From the human T2T-CHM13v2.0 reference genome, Homo sapiens, in assembly GCF_009914755.1 (NCBI RefSeq), contig NC_060943.1: DNA of 64,000 nt. The stretch is one strand, 5' to 3'. The position numbers and the translations under genes were made by a program. Below the pieces are notes generated by a model. The model saw nothing but the letters and a program-made list of their open reading frames with translations. It had not been told where the DNA came from and did not search any database. Positions 24,191-37,550 of the stretch are shown piece after piece (within the stretch, counting starts at the first letter, position 1; each line of letters opens with the position of its first letter).

Positions 24191-24894
24191 TTTTTATATG
24201 CTAGTTTTGAAGAGGGTCTCAGGGATGAGAGTGGGTTTGTGTGTTATTTTATTTACCCCTCTCAACCGCCATCTAAGTTTATTTCAGAGGAGGATGCTTA
24301 TCCTCAGAAAGATGAATCAACTTGCCAATGTTGGTGGTGGATCTGGGATTAGAAGTTACATGAGTCTAACATCAGAGGCCATGCCATCATCACTACCACT
24401 GAGAGAGAAGTGAACACAGTTTGTTAGGGAGCAGGAAGGAGCAAGGAGGGCTATGGCAGCAAGAGACAATTTTAAAACAGGGAAGTTAGGTAAGGTTACT
24501 AAAGAGATACCATATGTTATAAAGCCATGAACACTAGACAGAGATATTCGAACTTGATCTTGTGATTACAAAAGAGCCACTGAAGATTTTAAGTAAGGGC
24601 AAAACTATTCGAAGTCACAGCATGAGCCAAGACCAAAGAGGGTAGTGAAATTGGGGCTCTGGATTCCTAAACTAAAGAGATGCTGCCACAACTGTCGTTC
24701 ACAACAGTGAACAAACCGTGTGATGTGTGGAGTGAGAACTGGACAAAGGCTGAAGCCCTGGGTTTAAATGCAAGAAGTCAGGCACTTAGGGAATGGCTTT
24801 GTTAGGCAAGCTGTATATGCTCTCTCTGGACCTTGGTTTGTTTTCATCCATAAATTAGATGCAGTGAGAATTAACCTCTAAATGATCTTCGAGC

Positions 24895-25055
24895 CTTGCT
24901 ACTCAAAGTGTGGTCCGCCAACCAGCAGCAATGGCATCATCCAAAAGCTCCTTAGACATGCACAATCTCAGGCCTCACCAGAAAAATCAGAATCTGTATT
25001 GAATAAAAAGATCTGTGTGGGATCTGTGAACACATTAAGGTTTGCGAAACACTTC
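24895..25055. mobile_element. MER5A-like DNA transposon relic, preceded by MIR-like sequence (~24730-24890)
   Basis: tactcaaagtgtggtcc...accagcagca...gcatca...aatctcaggcc...tcagaatctg signature. Confidence 0.65.
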
Positions 25056-27501
25056 TCTCCATTGTCTTCCATTTCTAAAAGGCAATTATTCCATGCTCAC
25101 CTCCACTCTGTTACTTCACAGGAGAAACAAGAAAAAAAAAATTATCTGTTCACCTCATTAGTGCCCTTTTCTTAGTCATGACATCCTCTTAGACTGGCTC
25201 AGTTCCAGGAAGAGGTTTTAGAAAATACCAGAGAGGCAGTGCTGCCACCCTGTGACCATCGTCAGTAAATGCGCTTAACTCTGACCAGTGTCAACAGCAA
25301 AGGAGAGGGACTGCAGATGGAGGTGAAGTCCAAGTCGCAGACTAGATGAGAGAATCACAGCCACCCACAATTACTTAAACAGAGGGACCTCAACCTGCAT
25401 CATAGAGCAATGTCCTATTGCAAAGGACAGTTTTTATAATACTTAATATGTGGTATTAGTAAGAAACCTGGTTCCAAGCCAAGCTCTGCCCTTGTAACCA
25501 TAAAAGTGACCCTGACAGGTATTTTCAGACACCCAGCCCTGGCCTGAACTCTGCCAGTAAACATGTAATTTCCCAAAAGACCTTATGTTACTGTGACAGT
25601 TCTTTTCCATCCTGAGCCAAAATATACCTGATACACACTCACCAATCCCTGTCCTACTCCCCATAAGCTGAAATAAGCCTAACACCTTTTCATACAACCT
25701 ACCTTCAAATATTGGTTAAAAAAAACCATGTGCCGCCCACCCCACCTTCCCTTGGCCATTTCCCACATGGGGTCACCTGAAGCCCCACACCCTCTGATCA
25801 CTTTCCCATGGGGAAGCAAAGTGCAGCAACCACAGCAGGCACTGTGAAACCTAGGGGTGTCCCCCAGGGCAGCAGAGCCACAGGACCCCCATCCCCATCC
25901 TGGCACCTCACCCCTATCTAGAATCCGAACACCACATCAGCTGATCTGGGGACGCTGACTTTTCCTGCTTCTGCTGCTGCTCAGTCATCCCACACCTGTG
26001 CAGATGTCTACTTTTTATTCCATTTTATTTTGTAAGAAATATTTATCAGAGCCTGCTGTGTACTGTCACTGGAGAGACAAAGATGAATCACACCTGGTCC
26101 CTGCCTCGCAGAACTCCAGGCTGTAGAGGGAACACACTCAAAGCCAGACTATTACCGTTCAGTGAGAAACACCGTGACAGACATCAGCACAGGGTTTTCT
26201 GATGCATGTTACCAGTGCTTTGTGAAAAATCTTCCACTCTTGGTTTTCTGCACTTAGTTTTCCTCATTTCAAGCTCTAAGTGAAAAAGAGAATACAAATA
26301 TCCCCAATGGTCCTTTGTGCGGTCACAGCTGGACCCGGCATGTCCTCTTGGCTAATCCAGGGTGTTCAGGGCTCCCACTTCACTCTGAGTGTCCTCTCTC
26401 CTATTGGAGCTCACCATTGTCAGCACCTGCAGCAGAAAATCTAGCAAGTCAGGAAACTTGCTTTACTCCTGTAACTTTAAGGCTAGTGACCTTGTGACAG
26501 TGAACTAATCCTATAAATCCTTTTCACTTTAATTTCCACATCTGTAAAGTGGGGCAGGTGGATTCAGTCACCCTAGAGACAGCAGCACACCTGATCTTCT
26601 CAGCATCCACCATCTAGCAAATATCAGGCACACATTAGGCACTCAAAGCCTCACTGAATGTATGTGTGAATAAATGACTATAATAGAGCCATGTGGATCG
26701 TGGACACTATCAACACATATCTTTGAATGTCTATGAAGTACACTTGAGAATGGGGAAAGCAAATAATTGAGGCAGGACAGTGTTTTCTTCTTCCTTCCCC
26801 TTACCTCCTTCCTGAAGAGAGCCTTTGTACCTCGGAGAGACTCTGTTGCCAGGTTTCTCTACTGTAAGTTACTATTTGTCCCATTATAATCAATAAGTAT
26901 CTCCTGAAGTGATACTTTGGGAATATGGAAGTAGCCTGTTTCTTCTCAACATACTTTTTTTTCCCCCTTGGTACTCACTAGTTGTAGCATCATCATACTT
27001 TTACCCATTCATATTTAAAGTCCATTGATAATTCTTGCCTACAAACAATTGACTGTGCTGTTAGCCAAATAGTGATTTTCTATTTGATCATTCCTTCTAC
27101 ATTCATTAATTGGAATCCTGCTGTAAGAAAAAGCTGTTTCTTCATCCTTATATATTTATGTATTCAATTATTTATTTATATTAGTAGGAACTCATGGGTA
27201 TTTATGGGTTGGAATTTATTACTATCATTATTTCTTATAGTGCTCATTTTGTCTCAAAATTGGTCATTCAAAGCTCCTTCTGGTTGGCATCTGTGACCTT
27301 TCGACAGATCTCCATTATTTTTCAGCCGGCTCCTTACTTTCTGGCCTCACGAGATGCTCCAGGCTCCGCTTGTGCTTTCCGGCCCCAGCCCTGGAATCAG
27401 TTATTTCTCCCAGGAAGCCCTGGTTCCTTTCATGGGAGAATGATGTTTACGACCACGAGCACTACTACACCCATTGCTGTAATAGTAAGTGCCGGTGCCT
27501 T

Positions 27502-27519
27502 CACGCCCTCTAGTGGTCA
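27502..27519 (-). promoter_or_regulatory. Candidate CTCF site
   Basis: Reverse complement TGACCACTAGAGGGCGTG fits the CTCF core. Confidence 0.55.
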
Positions 27520-27954
27520 GTCCTGGGAAATACACACTCACACTTGTGTACTGTTACCCATATTCTACAAATTAGGTAAATGAGGCACAGAAAAGTTAGG
27601 CGACTTGACCAACATCACGAGAAAATAGGTAGTGAAACTGCGAGACAGATACACAAGTCCTAATAAGTGGAAGTAGCTTCTTCACACATGCACATCAGCA
27701 GAAAGCCACAAGCCCAATATTCCAGCGTAGACACTCTCTTGGGAAAAAATCCAGAATTCCAAAGTATTAACCCTAATGACAACCATCATGTACTGACTAC
27801 CTGCCTGGGCACTGGGCTCCCACAGTAACACATTTATTCCTAAATATATGTAAATATATAAAACTAATAACTTTATCTTAAATAAATATCCATTTTATAT
27901 ATTATTATATAAAATTTATTATAGAAAACTTTATATAATTATATAAAATATATA

Positions 27955-28323
<369 letters not shown>

Positions 28324-28437
28324 TTAATATGATGATTAAAAGTTATATGTTTATTTTAATACATGTTAGAAGAAAATTTAAGCATATCTCAAACCTGTAA
28401 TTTTATGGATAATATTGCATAGGACAAAGATGTTTTG

Positions 28438-28520
28438 TCTCAAATTCCCGTCCTCAAGCAATCCACCCACCTCAACCTCTCAAGCAGCTGAGATCACAGA
28501 CGTGAGCCCCTGCACCCTAC
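28438..28520 (-). mobile_element. Short Alu monomer fragment with TSD TAGGACAA(A/G)GATGTTTTGT
   Basis: cctcaagcaatccacccacctc...gtgagcc flanked by a near-identical direct repeat. Confidence 0.7.
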
Positions 28521-29853
28521 TAGGACAAGGATGTTTTGTAAAGTAAATTTATTTAGGAAAAAGCATAAAGCAAATAATAATAACAGTGGTACAAGCTGTA
28601 GAGAAAAATCATAAAATGTCTACAAATGTCTGAGGTTTGCATTTTAGTTACTCCTAGGAAATTAGGGTCACATAGCACTGCAGAAAAAAACAACTGAAAA
28701 TCGTAGACCTGGGCTTTAGCTCTAGATTTGTCCATTTCTAGGACCCCACTCCCTGGACATCTCTGTGACCTCCCTGCTGGGAGTAAATCCAACCTTCCCA
28801 GACATTAGAAAACATGAGGAAAACCTTGCATACCCAGAGGGGTTTCTGTGTCATAGAGAAAATAACACTGAGTTTGGGGGTCCCAGGGACTCTCTGTGAG
28901 GTGCTGACAGAGCCAATCCCTAGACACAGCAGAGGTCACTTATGGGGAGCACAGGTCATCCTGTTAAGGGATGGGGGTCCCAATAAGCCTTGCTTCTCAC
29001 AGCGTGGTCTAAGGAACTGAAATGTAGATTGGAGAAAAAGAGGAAAAGAAGACAAGGAGGCAGGACTGAGAGGGGAGGAGGCGGAAAGGCTACCTGTGCA
29101 GATCCTCATTGCCACTTACCTTTCCCCGCCCCCACCCCTGGCCCTGGGAAGTGCTTCTGCCCTGGGAGGAGGCTTAGCACAGAGAGAGGAAGGACAGCAG
29201 AGCTGACAGTCACAGTAGCTCTGACAAGAGCATTTAATTTATATTAAATACAATTTAATATAACTATTAAAAGTTATATGTTTATTTTAATGCATGTTAG
29301 AAGAAAATTTAAGCATATCTCAAACCTGTAATTTTATGGATAATATTGCATAGGACAAAGATGTTGGCATCTGTGACCTTTCGACACATCCCCATTATTT
29401 CTCAGCCTGTTCCTTACTTTCTGGCCTCCTTATTTTCTGAAGCCCAAGCTCCTCTCCACAGAGGAGGACAAAGCAGACAGCAGAGCCCATGGGGCCTCCC
29501 TCAGCCCCTCCTCACAGAGTGCACATCCCTGGCAGGCGCTTCTGCTCACAGGTGAGGGGAGGGCTCCCTGGGAGTGGATGGGAGGAGGGAGCACAGAGAC
29601 TGGCTGGGGTTTCTTGGAGAGAACGGGGACCTGAGAGGGACAGAGGGCTTCTGTTGGACACTAAACAGGAAGAAGGGATTACAACAGGAAAATCTAAATA
29701 ATCTGAGGTTGTTAGTGAAGAAACAATCTCGATTGTTAATGTTTTCCAAGTGAATCATCACTGAGCAGTTAATGTTGAAAACAGATGACAATAATCACAA
29801 TTTAAGTTGGGGTAATACTCAAGAAAAAAAACAAGGGACACTAAACAGAGCTC

Positions 29854-30358
29854 TGTGGCAGCACTCCTCATATAGGGGCACCAGCTGTGGGGGACGGGTG
29901 AATAGTGTACACTGACACACACATATTTTGCTTTGCCAGTCCAGCTGAGTCTGTCAGGGCCGCTTACAGACTCCCTGCTGAGTCCTATAAACAGTTGTGA
30001 CCATGGCCTTGATCAGCTAGTGAGACTCATATTTATTCAGTAAGATTAATTAACAAAGGCTTGAGTCAACACCGTTAGAGGGTAATTGACATTGTGGACT
30101 TCCCAAGTAGAAAGCAATTAAGCACCTGTGGCACATCAATGGTTAGTCTTAAGATCACATGAGTAAACAAGCTGGCTAGACAAACTACTCTGCCTTCCTT
30201 TGTTACTACTTTAATTTGTTTAACTAAAGGTAAAGGGACCACCTTCAGTCAGATCTATTACCAAAGTTATGCAAAGTTTTTGGTCTGCCAAGAAGATTTG
30301 TGTCTATCTCTATAACTATCTCTAATATTTTTCCCACCAGCCTGATTGAACTCCAACA
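29854..30358 (-). mobile_element. LTR22 (HERV-K HML-5) solo LTR in pseudogene intron 1
   Basis: - strand TGTTGGAGTTCAATCAGGCTGGTGGG ... TGCTGCCACA; perfect 6-bp TSD GAGCTC. Confidence 0.8.
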
Positions 30359-30803
30359 GAGCTCTTAGCCAACAACCTCAGCCATTGGAAAATAAATCCC
30401 ACGTTGTGAAGGGCCCTGGGAACACTCATGAGCTCATCCACAGGAGTCCGCAGCCTGTCCCAGGCACTGGGGTGCAACCAAGATCACACAAGTCCCTGTT
30501 CTCACAGAGCTCATGCTCTCATAGGGAGGAAGACAGACATGCAAGGGTATCTAGAATGTGAGGTCAAGTATTGACAAGAGCCCTGGAGGGAACACAGCAG
30601 CGAAATGTCAGAAAGGGAAGACCCAGGGTCTCTAGAGGTGTCAGGGAAGGGGTCTCCCAAGGATGCCCTAATGTGAGCAGGACCTGAAGGCAGTAGGGAG
30701 GGAGCCAGGCAGACCCCTGGGGAAAAGGACTCCAAACAGGGAAATGCCAAGGTCAGAGGCACTGAAGGAAGGGAGGTCATGCTGCTGACCTTGGCCCAGT
30801 AGG

Positions 30804-30818
30804 ACACGCACGCGCGCG

Positions 30819-30876
<58 letters not shown>
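30804..30876. repeat. Compound (CG)n(CA)n microsatellite
   Basis: ~7 CG units followed by ~25 CA units. Confidence 0.95.
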
Positions 30877-30879
<3 letters not shown>

Positions 30880-30944
30880 CAAGGCTGAGGGATGAAGAGA
30901 CCTGTCCAGGACCTAGGGCCCCATCTTTCCACCTCAATGCATAG

Positions 30945-31079
<135 letters not shown>

Positions 31080-32239
31080 TAGGCTTGGCTACAACTGGTA
31101 CAAAGGGGAATTACAGGATATGTACTAGGAACTCAAGTAATTACCCCAGGACCTGCCACAGAGGCTGAGAGACAATATACCCCAATACATGTCTGCTGAT
31201 ACAGAATGTCACCAACAATGACACAGGATCCTACACCCTACAAGTCATAAAAACAGATCTTGTGAATGAAGAAGTAACTGGCCAGTTTCACGTACACAGT
31301 GATGTCTCATGAGCTCTGGGTGTTGGGGGTCAGTTCTGCTTCACACACACAGGATTTTCAGGCCTGGGCTGTGCCTGTGTCCCCCTCTACATTACATCCC
31401 ATTTGGGGGTTTGGACATTTAGTGCAAGACACACACAGGGGAGACAAACTTCCACAGATCAGAATTTCTTTCCTGCATCCAGACCCTGCAGGCACTTGCT
31501 ACAGAGGAAGGACAGTCTGATGGGGTTGGGGGGAGGCTCAGTAAGGGGAGGTCAGTGTCAGTTCCCCCTCCTGGGTCCCCTCCCCATGGACGTTCCTTGT
31601 AGGACCATGTCAGATCCTGGAGTGAGGGGACCCCTGGGAAGCCCCTGTTCAGAAACTCAGCCCTGGAAACCCCTGTCCAGTCCCCTGTCCCAGGATCCTG
31701 ACTCCATGTGACCCTGGGAAGCCTGTGCCGGGGCTGGGTTGAGGCATCTTGGGCAGGGCTGACTGGGAACAAGGATTTACCAGCTGTCCAAGGGCCATGG
31801 CTCTTGCAGCTGGTAGCCAGCCAGGGCTCAGCCCCCAGAGCCTCATCTGGGCAAGGGCAAAGCCTCGTCCTTCACATGAGACTTGGTATGGAGAAGACAG
31901 GTAAGCTCCCTAGGACATTAGCCGACTGCCCTGGGGAACTTAGGAGACTCCAAGGGAAGGTCAGCATCCCCAGGGGAGGAATAGAGAAGAGAGGATGTTC
32001 CCAGCAGCTCATTGTCCACCAGAGATCAGGCCCAGGGAACACTCTGTTGGAGGCAAATAATCAGAGACGGTGTATTCAGGCGGTTCCTTGGTACCAACCT
32101 TTAGGTCAGGTGATCGTGAATATTTTAAAAGTAATTCACAGACAACATGGCAAGCCACTGACCATTTATCATTGTTGGCAGAAAAATCGGAGATCTGTAC
32201 GTTTGGAAAGGAGACTTTATTTCATATATTTTTCATTTT

Positions 32240-32700
32240 ATTTTTCTATTTTTATTTTTTTTTAGAGACCGGTTCTTGCTCTGTCTCCCAGGTTTGAGTG
32301 AAGTGGCTACTCACAGGTGGGACCATAATTCACTGCAGCCTCAATCCCCCGAGCTCAAGCACTCCTCACACCTCAGTCTCGAGTAGCTGGAACTATAGGC
32401 ATGCACCACTGCACCCAGATAGTTTTTAAAACAAACTTTTATCTTAGGTTCAAAGATACGCATGCAGGTTTGTTATATATGTAATCAGGGGTTTGGTATA
32501 CAGATTATTTCATGATCCAAGTACTAAGCATAATAGCCAATAGGTATTTTTTCTGATCCTCACTCTCCTCCCTAAAATTTTTTTAAGAGACAGGATCTTG
32601 CTATGCTGCCCAGGCTAGTCTCTGGCTCCTGAGCTCAAACTATTCTACCACTTCAACCTCCCAAACCACTGGGATTACAGGTGTGAGCCACTGCACCCAA
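32240..32700 (-). mobile_element. AluJ-like element split by a short L1 3'-end fragment
   Basis: Antisense Alu arms at ~32240-32420 and ~32585-32700 around L1 3' UTR (catgcaggtttgttatatatgt). Confidence 0.7.
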
Positions 32701-32704
32701 CCAG

Positions 32705-33550
32705 GTTATTTCTTACACAGGGTTACAGCCTGCAGGCTGGCCATTCCCCAGGGTAGAAGATGCAGCCTCCAGCAGAGACCAATAGCAGGCACTTCAAGGG
32801 AGGGGAATGTGGAAGATAGATTTATGCTGAATGAGTTGGCCAGGTATACATATTCAACAGGTTATAGGTGGAGCTATGGATACTCACAAAGGAAGTACAC
32901 GCACATGCGTGATCAACAAACATGCATGCTACATGCACCCCATGTTCACTTTGGGGTGGAGAATTCAGATTTAAATGTATTAAGTTAGGTCTTATACATC
33001 AAAAGATGAAACAAGCATTATGGTACTCAGTGCACCGTGTCTGTATACCAGCAGAACCAGGCCATGCTCAGTGGTCTCTTATTAGGAGAAAGTTACTGAA
33101 ATCAGTCTCCTGTCCAATTGAAGTGTAGTTGTGGCTGTTGGAACAGGGGTCAGTTAGCCAGTGTTGGTGGATGAGCCGCGATCATTTCAATATTGCTTAT
33201 CTCGAAGGCTAGTGTTACTTTAGCCGCTAGAGAGAAAGAAAATTCTGTGTTAGAACATAGCTTATTCTTTAAATGTAGGAAAGTGTGGCTTAGCCCTTGC
33301 CTGCATGACCTTAGGTTGAGTTTATAATTTGGTATCTTATGGCCACAGAGAGTCTGTTCTGTCAGTCTCATGATCTCGATTTTAGCGTTAATGCTAGTCA
33401 GTTGTCACCTCTAAACTTCCAAAGGGAGGGGCTGTAATGAGGTGTAACCTCCCATCCTGTCATGATCAGGAACTCTGGGATCCGCTTGGCCAAGAGGCCA
33501 TCCTTTCAGTTCACTGGGGAATTAGAATTTTATTTTTAGTTCTCATTGTG
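32705..33550. mobile_element. ERV1-class LTR-type element (subfamily not assigned)
   Basis: LTR-like sequence absent from the paralogous introns; host homology resumes at ~33550. Confidence 0.5.
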
Positions 33551-33998
33551 TGTCCTATTTTACTGAGGGGAAACTGAGGCATATGAAGATACAGCCACTG
33601 GCCAGGGTACACAGACTACAGATGGCAGAGTCACTCGAGGTCACTCCCTCCCTCCTTCATGAGAGAACTACTGAGCGAGTGTGTGTCTCATATTGGGCCC
33701 TGTCTTGTGCAGGGTGTGAGTGGGGAGAGAAAGCAAAGTTCTCTCCTTTATCCTCTCATAGGAGTGACACCAACACATCGGGAAACACAGGATTTCAGGT
33801 CCAGTGAAGTGGGTATAGATCTAAGAGAGGAGGCCTGGACATTCCCAACATGGATCTGATGGTTGAGGCAGGTGATAGCGTTCTAAGTAAAATCTGATTA
33901 ATTCTTCATTTGTTCCTCACTCCCCAGACCACTGAGGCGTGGTATTCTCCCCACCGAGCTGTGAAACCCTAAGAAGAAGGGAGCTGAACCAGTGATTG

Positions 33999-34615
33999 TG
34001 AAACAGCATCATTCATCTGGGGTAATACTCGAGGTTCATTGTCCCATGGCCATGGAAAACTAGGATGCAGGCACCCAGAGTGAAGTTAAGAGTGGAAGTT
34101 TCATAGGGGAAAGAAAGAGAAGAGCTCTCTGCACAGAGAGAGGGGTCCTGGGGAAAATGGGTTGCCACTTCCATAGTGAAATGCAGAAGGTTTTATAGAT
34201 GAGCTTCAGGAGGCAGTGTCTGATTTATACAGGGGGTGAAAGATTGTTTAGACCAGCTGTGCCATTTGCTGGCTGCCCCACTCTGATCTTTTGTCATGCA
34301 GATGGATTGTCTACCTGGCCGGTGCCATGTTGCCTGGTTTTTTACTGTACATGTGGTAATGGAGAAAAGGGAGGATGGAGTCTCCATGTTGAACATACCT
34401 GGCTTCCAGGCAGCCCTTTTCTATTGGCACACCTACTGGAATTCACCTGTGCAAGCTTCCATCTTGCTCATCTACATCTGTAGCTCAATTTTTCAGGCTG
34501 CTCTTTGTTAGAAAAGGAATTATCTTGGGCTGCTTTTTGTTAAAGGGGAAACCTTGCCAAGGACGCTCTTACCCTCACTAACTTCCTAAATAATTTCTTT
34601 CTAGCTCCTGTGTCA
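33999..34615. mobile_element. ERV1-class solo LTR (MER61/MER50-like)
   Basis: TGAAACAGCATC...TGTGTCA termini; empty site in CEACAM4 (aaccagtggctgttctgaggtccacag). Confidence 0.6.
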
Positions 34616-34847
34616 GTTGGTCTGGGGTCCACAGATACCTTAAGGACCCAGGGATGGAGGAGAAGACGTGCCCTCAGCCCACTTTCAGTTGAGCACCTCC
34701 ACTGATTGTCCACAGGGTCAGTGGCTCCGACCCCATCTGAGTCAGCAACACCAGAGTCACAGAAGAAAAGGATGTTGTGATCCTGACCTGCCCCACAGAT
34801 GACTCTGGAACCTTATCCAGTGGATCTTCCATGACCAGCGTCTGTGA

Positions 34848-35024
<177 letters not shown>

Positions 35025-35049
35025 TAAACCCTAAATCAAATATTCTTTG

Positions 35050-35605
35050 TTTGGAGGCATTTTATTATAAAAACTTGATATTCATATACATAAACTAATA
35101 TGAAGTTAAAAATTCATTATACACCTACTGTTTTTAGCTTGATCTTGCAGTAAATCTTTAGCTTCATTGATTGTGGCTACTATATAAGGAGACCCTCTTT
35201 TGTCTGCGTGATTTAAGAGCATAACATGTTAATGAGCATCTCTTATTTTTTTCTTTATTGGCAGTAGGGCTTACCCTACTATTACTAGTGTTCATTCATT
35301 ATCTAGTATTAATGCTGCTTCCCGTTTTGTCATTTTGGGTTCATATCCACCTCTGTAGTAATAATCTCTGAAGGCAGATTTTGGTAGACTTTGAAACACT
35401 TGTTCTACTTGAGGTTTTATGTGCTTCATGGCTTCGCAAAATGTAACAGCTTGCAAATCCTGCAGCAGCGGTCAGTTCAGCTGCTACCACTGCACAGGCC
35501 ATGGCTCCAGCTTGGCTCCCCTGCCACCACCAGGAGGGTGGATCATCCCAGCCCAGAGGCCGCACCCACCACCTACTTGGCTTTACCAGAGAGCAATGCA
35601 GCAGC
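35050..35605 (-). pseudogene. Processed pseudogene of DNAJC19 (TIM14/Pam18 J protein)
   Basis: ATG at 35502 reads [22 protein letters not shown], then a frameshift to [43 protein letters not shown]...[38 protein letters not shown]. It is intronless, with UTR-like flanks and AATAAA at 35061-35066. Confidence 0.92.
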
Positions 35606-37159
35606 CACCACAGTAGTCACAAACTGCCCAAGCACCTTTTTCCTCTTTAAAGTGGTGGTGATGATGCATTTACTTTATCGAGCTATTGTGAATAGTCAAT
35701 GAAATCAGGTGACTTGCATTGAATCAATAAAAATGAAACACCTTGGAATGACATTGTCATTGTTGGCTTAAGGTCCCATTCAGTACCAGATTTTACTGTT
35801 TGTTACTGTCAGTTGCACCATCTCCACAGTGGTGGCAACACATGTCCCTCAGAGGATGGACCATGATTGTGTGTGAGGGTGGGAACACATGATCAGCTCT
35901 CAGGAGTCAACAGCTCCGTCCCTCCTCCAGCAGGAGGTGTGGATGGTGCCTGCACTCTGACATGGGCAAAGAGAATCAACGGGAGGGTGCCATGCAGAGA
36001 GGACACCCCAAATGAAATGCACTTCACACAATGCATCTGCCCATGTGGTCCTGGCCAGGACTGGGGAGGGAAGGGCTTGGAGATCCCAGATTTCAAGCTG
36101 AAGCCCTGAGACAAGGTGCAACCGCTGAGAGAAGGAGCACTCTGTGGAGAGATTCCCACCCACATCTACAGTCTCCACCCCATCTTATCCCATAAGGCTG
36201 GCATATCCCTGAAGGGCAGTGTGAAGAAGGGACAAGAGTCTTCTCTAGGGAGGACACTCTGGGCCAAGACCAAATGAAAGCTGGGCACTGGCAAGGACAA
36301 GATTTCTTCCACCATGAGATTTCACCATTGTCCTGAAGCAATGAACCCAGGCCCTCTTGCTCATGTGAAACACCGCCCGGCCTGAATCATGCTAAGGGTG
36401 AACCCAAGGCCCTGGACACCACCACCCTCCAGGCCTGTACCAGCCCCTGCAGGACTCATTCACCTGAACCAGCATCCTCCAGTCCTCAGGCTAAAGGGAG
36501 AGGTCTTTACCTCTTTAAGCTACAGGAGATTCCCAGATACCCGTATGTCCCTGGAGAGAGAGTCCACAGGTTGTCCACTTGGACCTGGCATAGATCTTCC
36601 TCTCAAACGCCCCAATGCCCAGGTGCTCTTCCTCGAAGATCTTCCTCTCCCTACAGGCTCTAGGAACTGTGAGTCCCTGAACTTTCATTAGAAGGAAGCT
36701 TTCCCTTCATCCTCCCTGACCCTGTGAGGGGCAGCTGGGCAAAGTGGACACCAAGATTAATAACTCCAGAGGGAACCCTCCCTGGAGCACAACACCCAGG
36801 GCCTATGGGGGTGTTCCCTGGTGGTCCTGGCCAGTGGTGCTGCCCTTCTTTCTACTTCCAAAATCCCAGACCACTGCTGCTCTGACTATGGGCTCCACTC
36901 CCTCAACCCATTCTTTTATTAAATGCCTTTTCTGCACCTGCTGGAGTGATTATATGGTTTTTGTTCTTGGTTCTCTTTAATGTGATGGATCACATTTATT
37001 GATTTGCATATGTTGAGCCATACTGGCATCCCTGGGATGAATCTCACTTAATCATAGTGAATGATCTCTTTTGATGTGTTGCTAAACATGGTTTGTTAAT
37101 ATTTTATTGAGGACTTTTACATCTATGTTTGTTAGTGATGTTGGCCTATGTTCTTTTTT

Positions 37160-37550
37160 GGCTTTGTTTTGGTTGGTTGTTTTTGAGAGATGGAGTCCCC
37201 CTATGTTGTCCAGACTGGTCTTGAACTCCTGGGCTTAAGCAGTTCTCCCACCTCAGCCTTCCAAAGTGCTGTGATTACAGGCAGGAGCCACCACACCCAG
37301 CTTGCTTTTTGTTTTTGAGAGAGCATCTTGCTCTGTTCCCCAGGCTGGAGTACAGTGACACAAACATGGCTCACTGCGGCCTCAACCTCCTGGGCTCAAT
37401 TGGTCCTCTCACCTCAGCCTCCCGAGTAGCTAGGACTAAAGGCACATGCCACCATGCCTGGCTAATTTTTTTCTTTTTTTTTTTTTTTAAGAGATTGGTT
37501 CTGACTATGTTGCCCAGGCTGATCTCAAACTCCTGGCCTCAAGCAATCCT
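37160..37550 (-). mobile_element. Alu monomer + AluJ, antisense
   Basis: Alu consensus segments. Confidence 0.85.

Noticed and set aside
25825-25920. Short similarity to 19665-19730 (cagcaggcact.tgaaa...cctcacccct)
   Set aside because: Too short to call a third duplication copy without an alignment.
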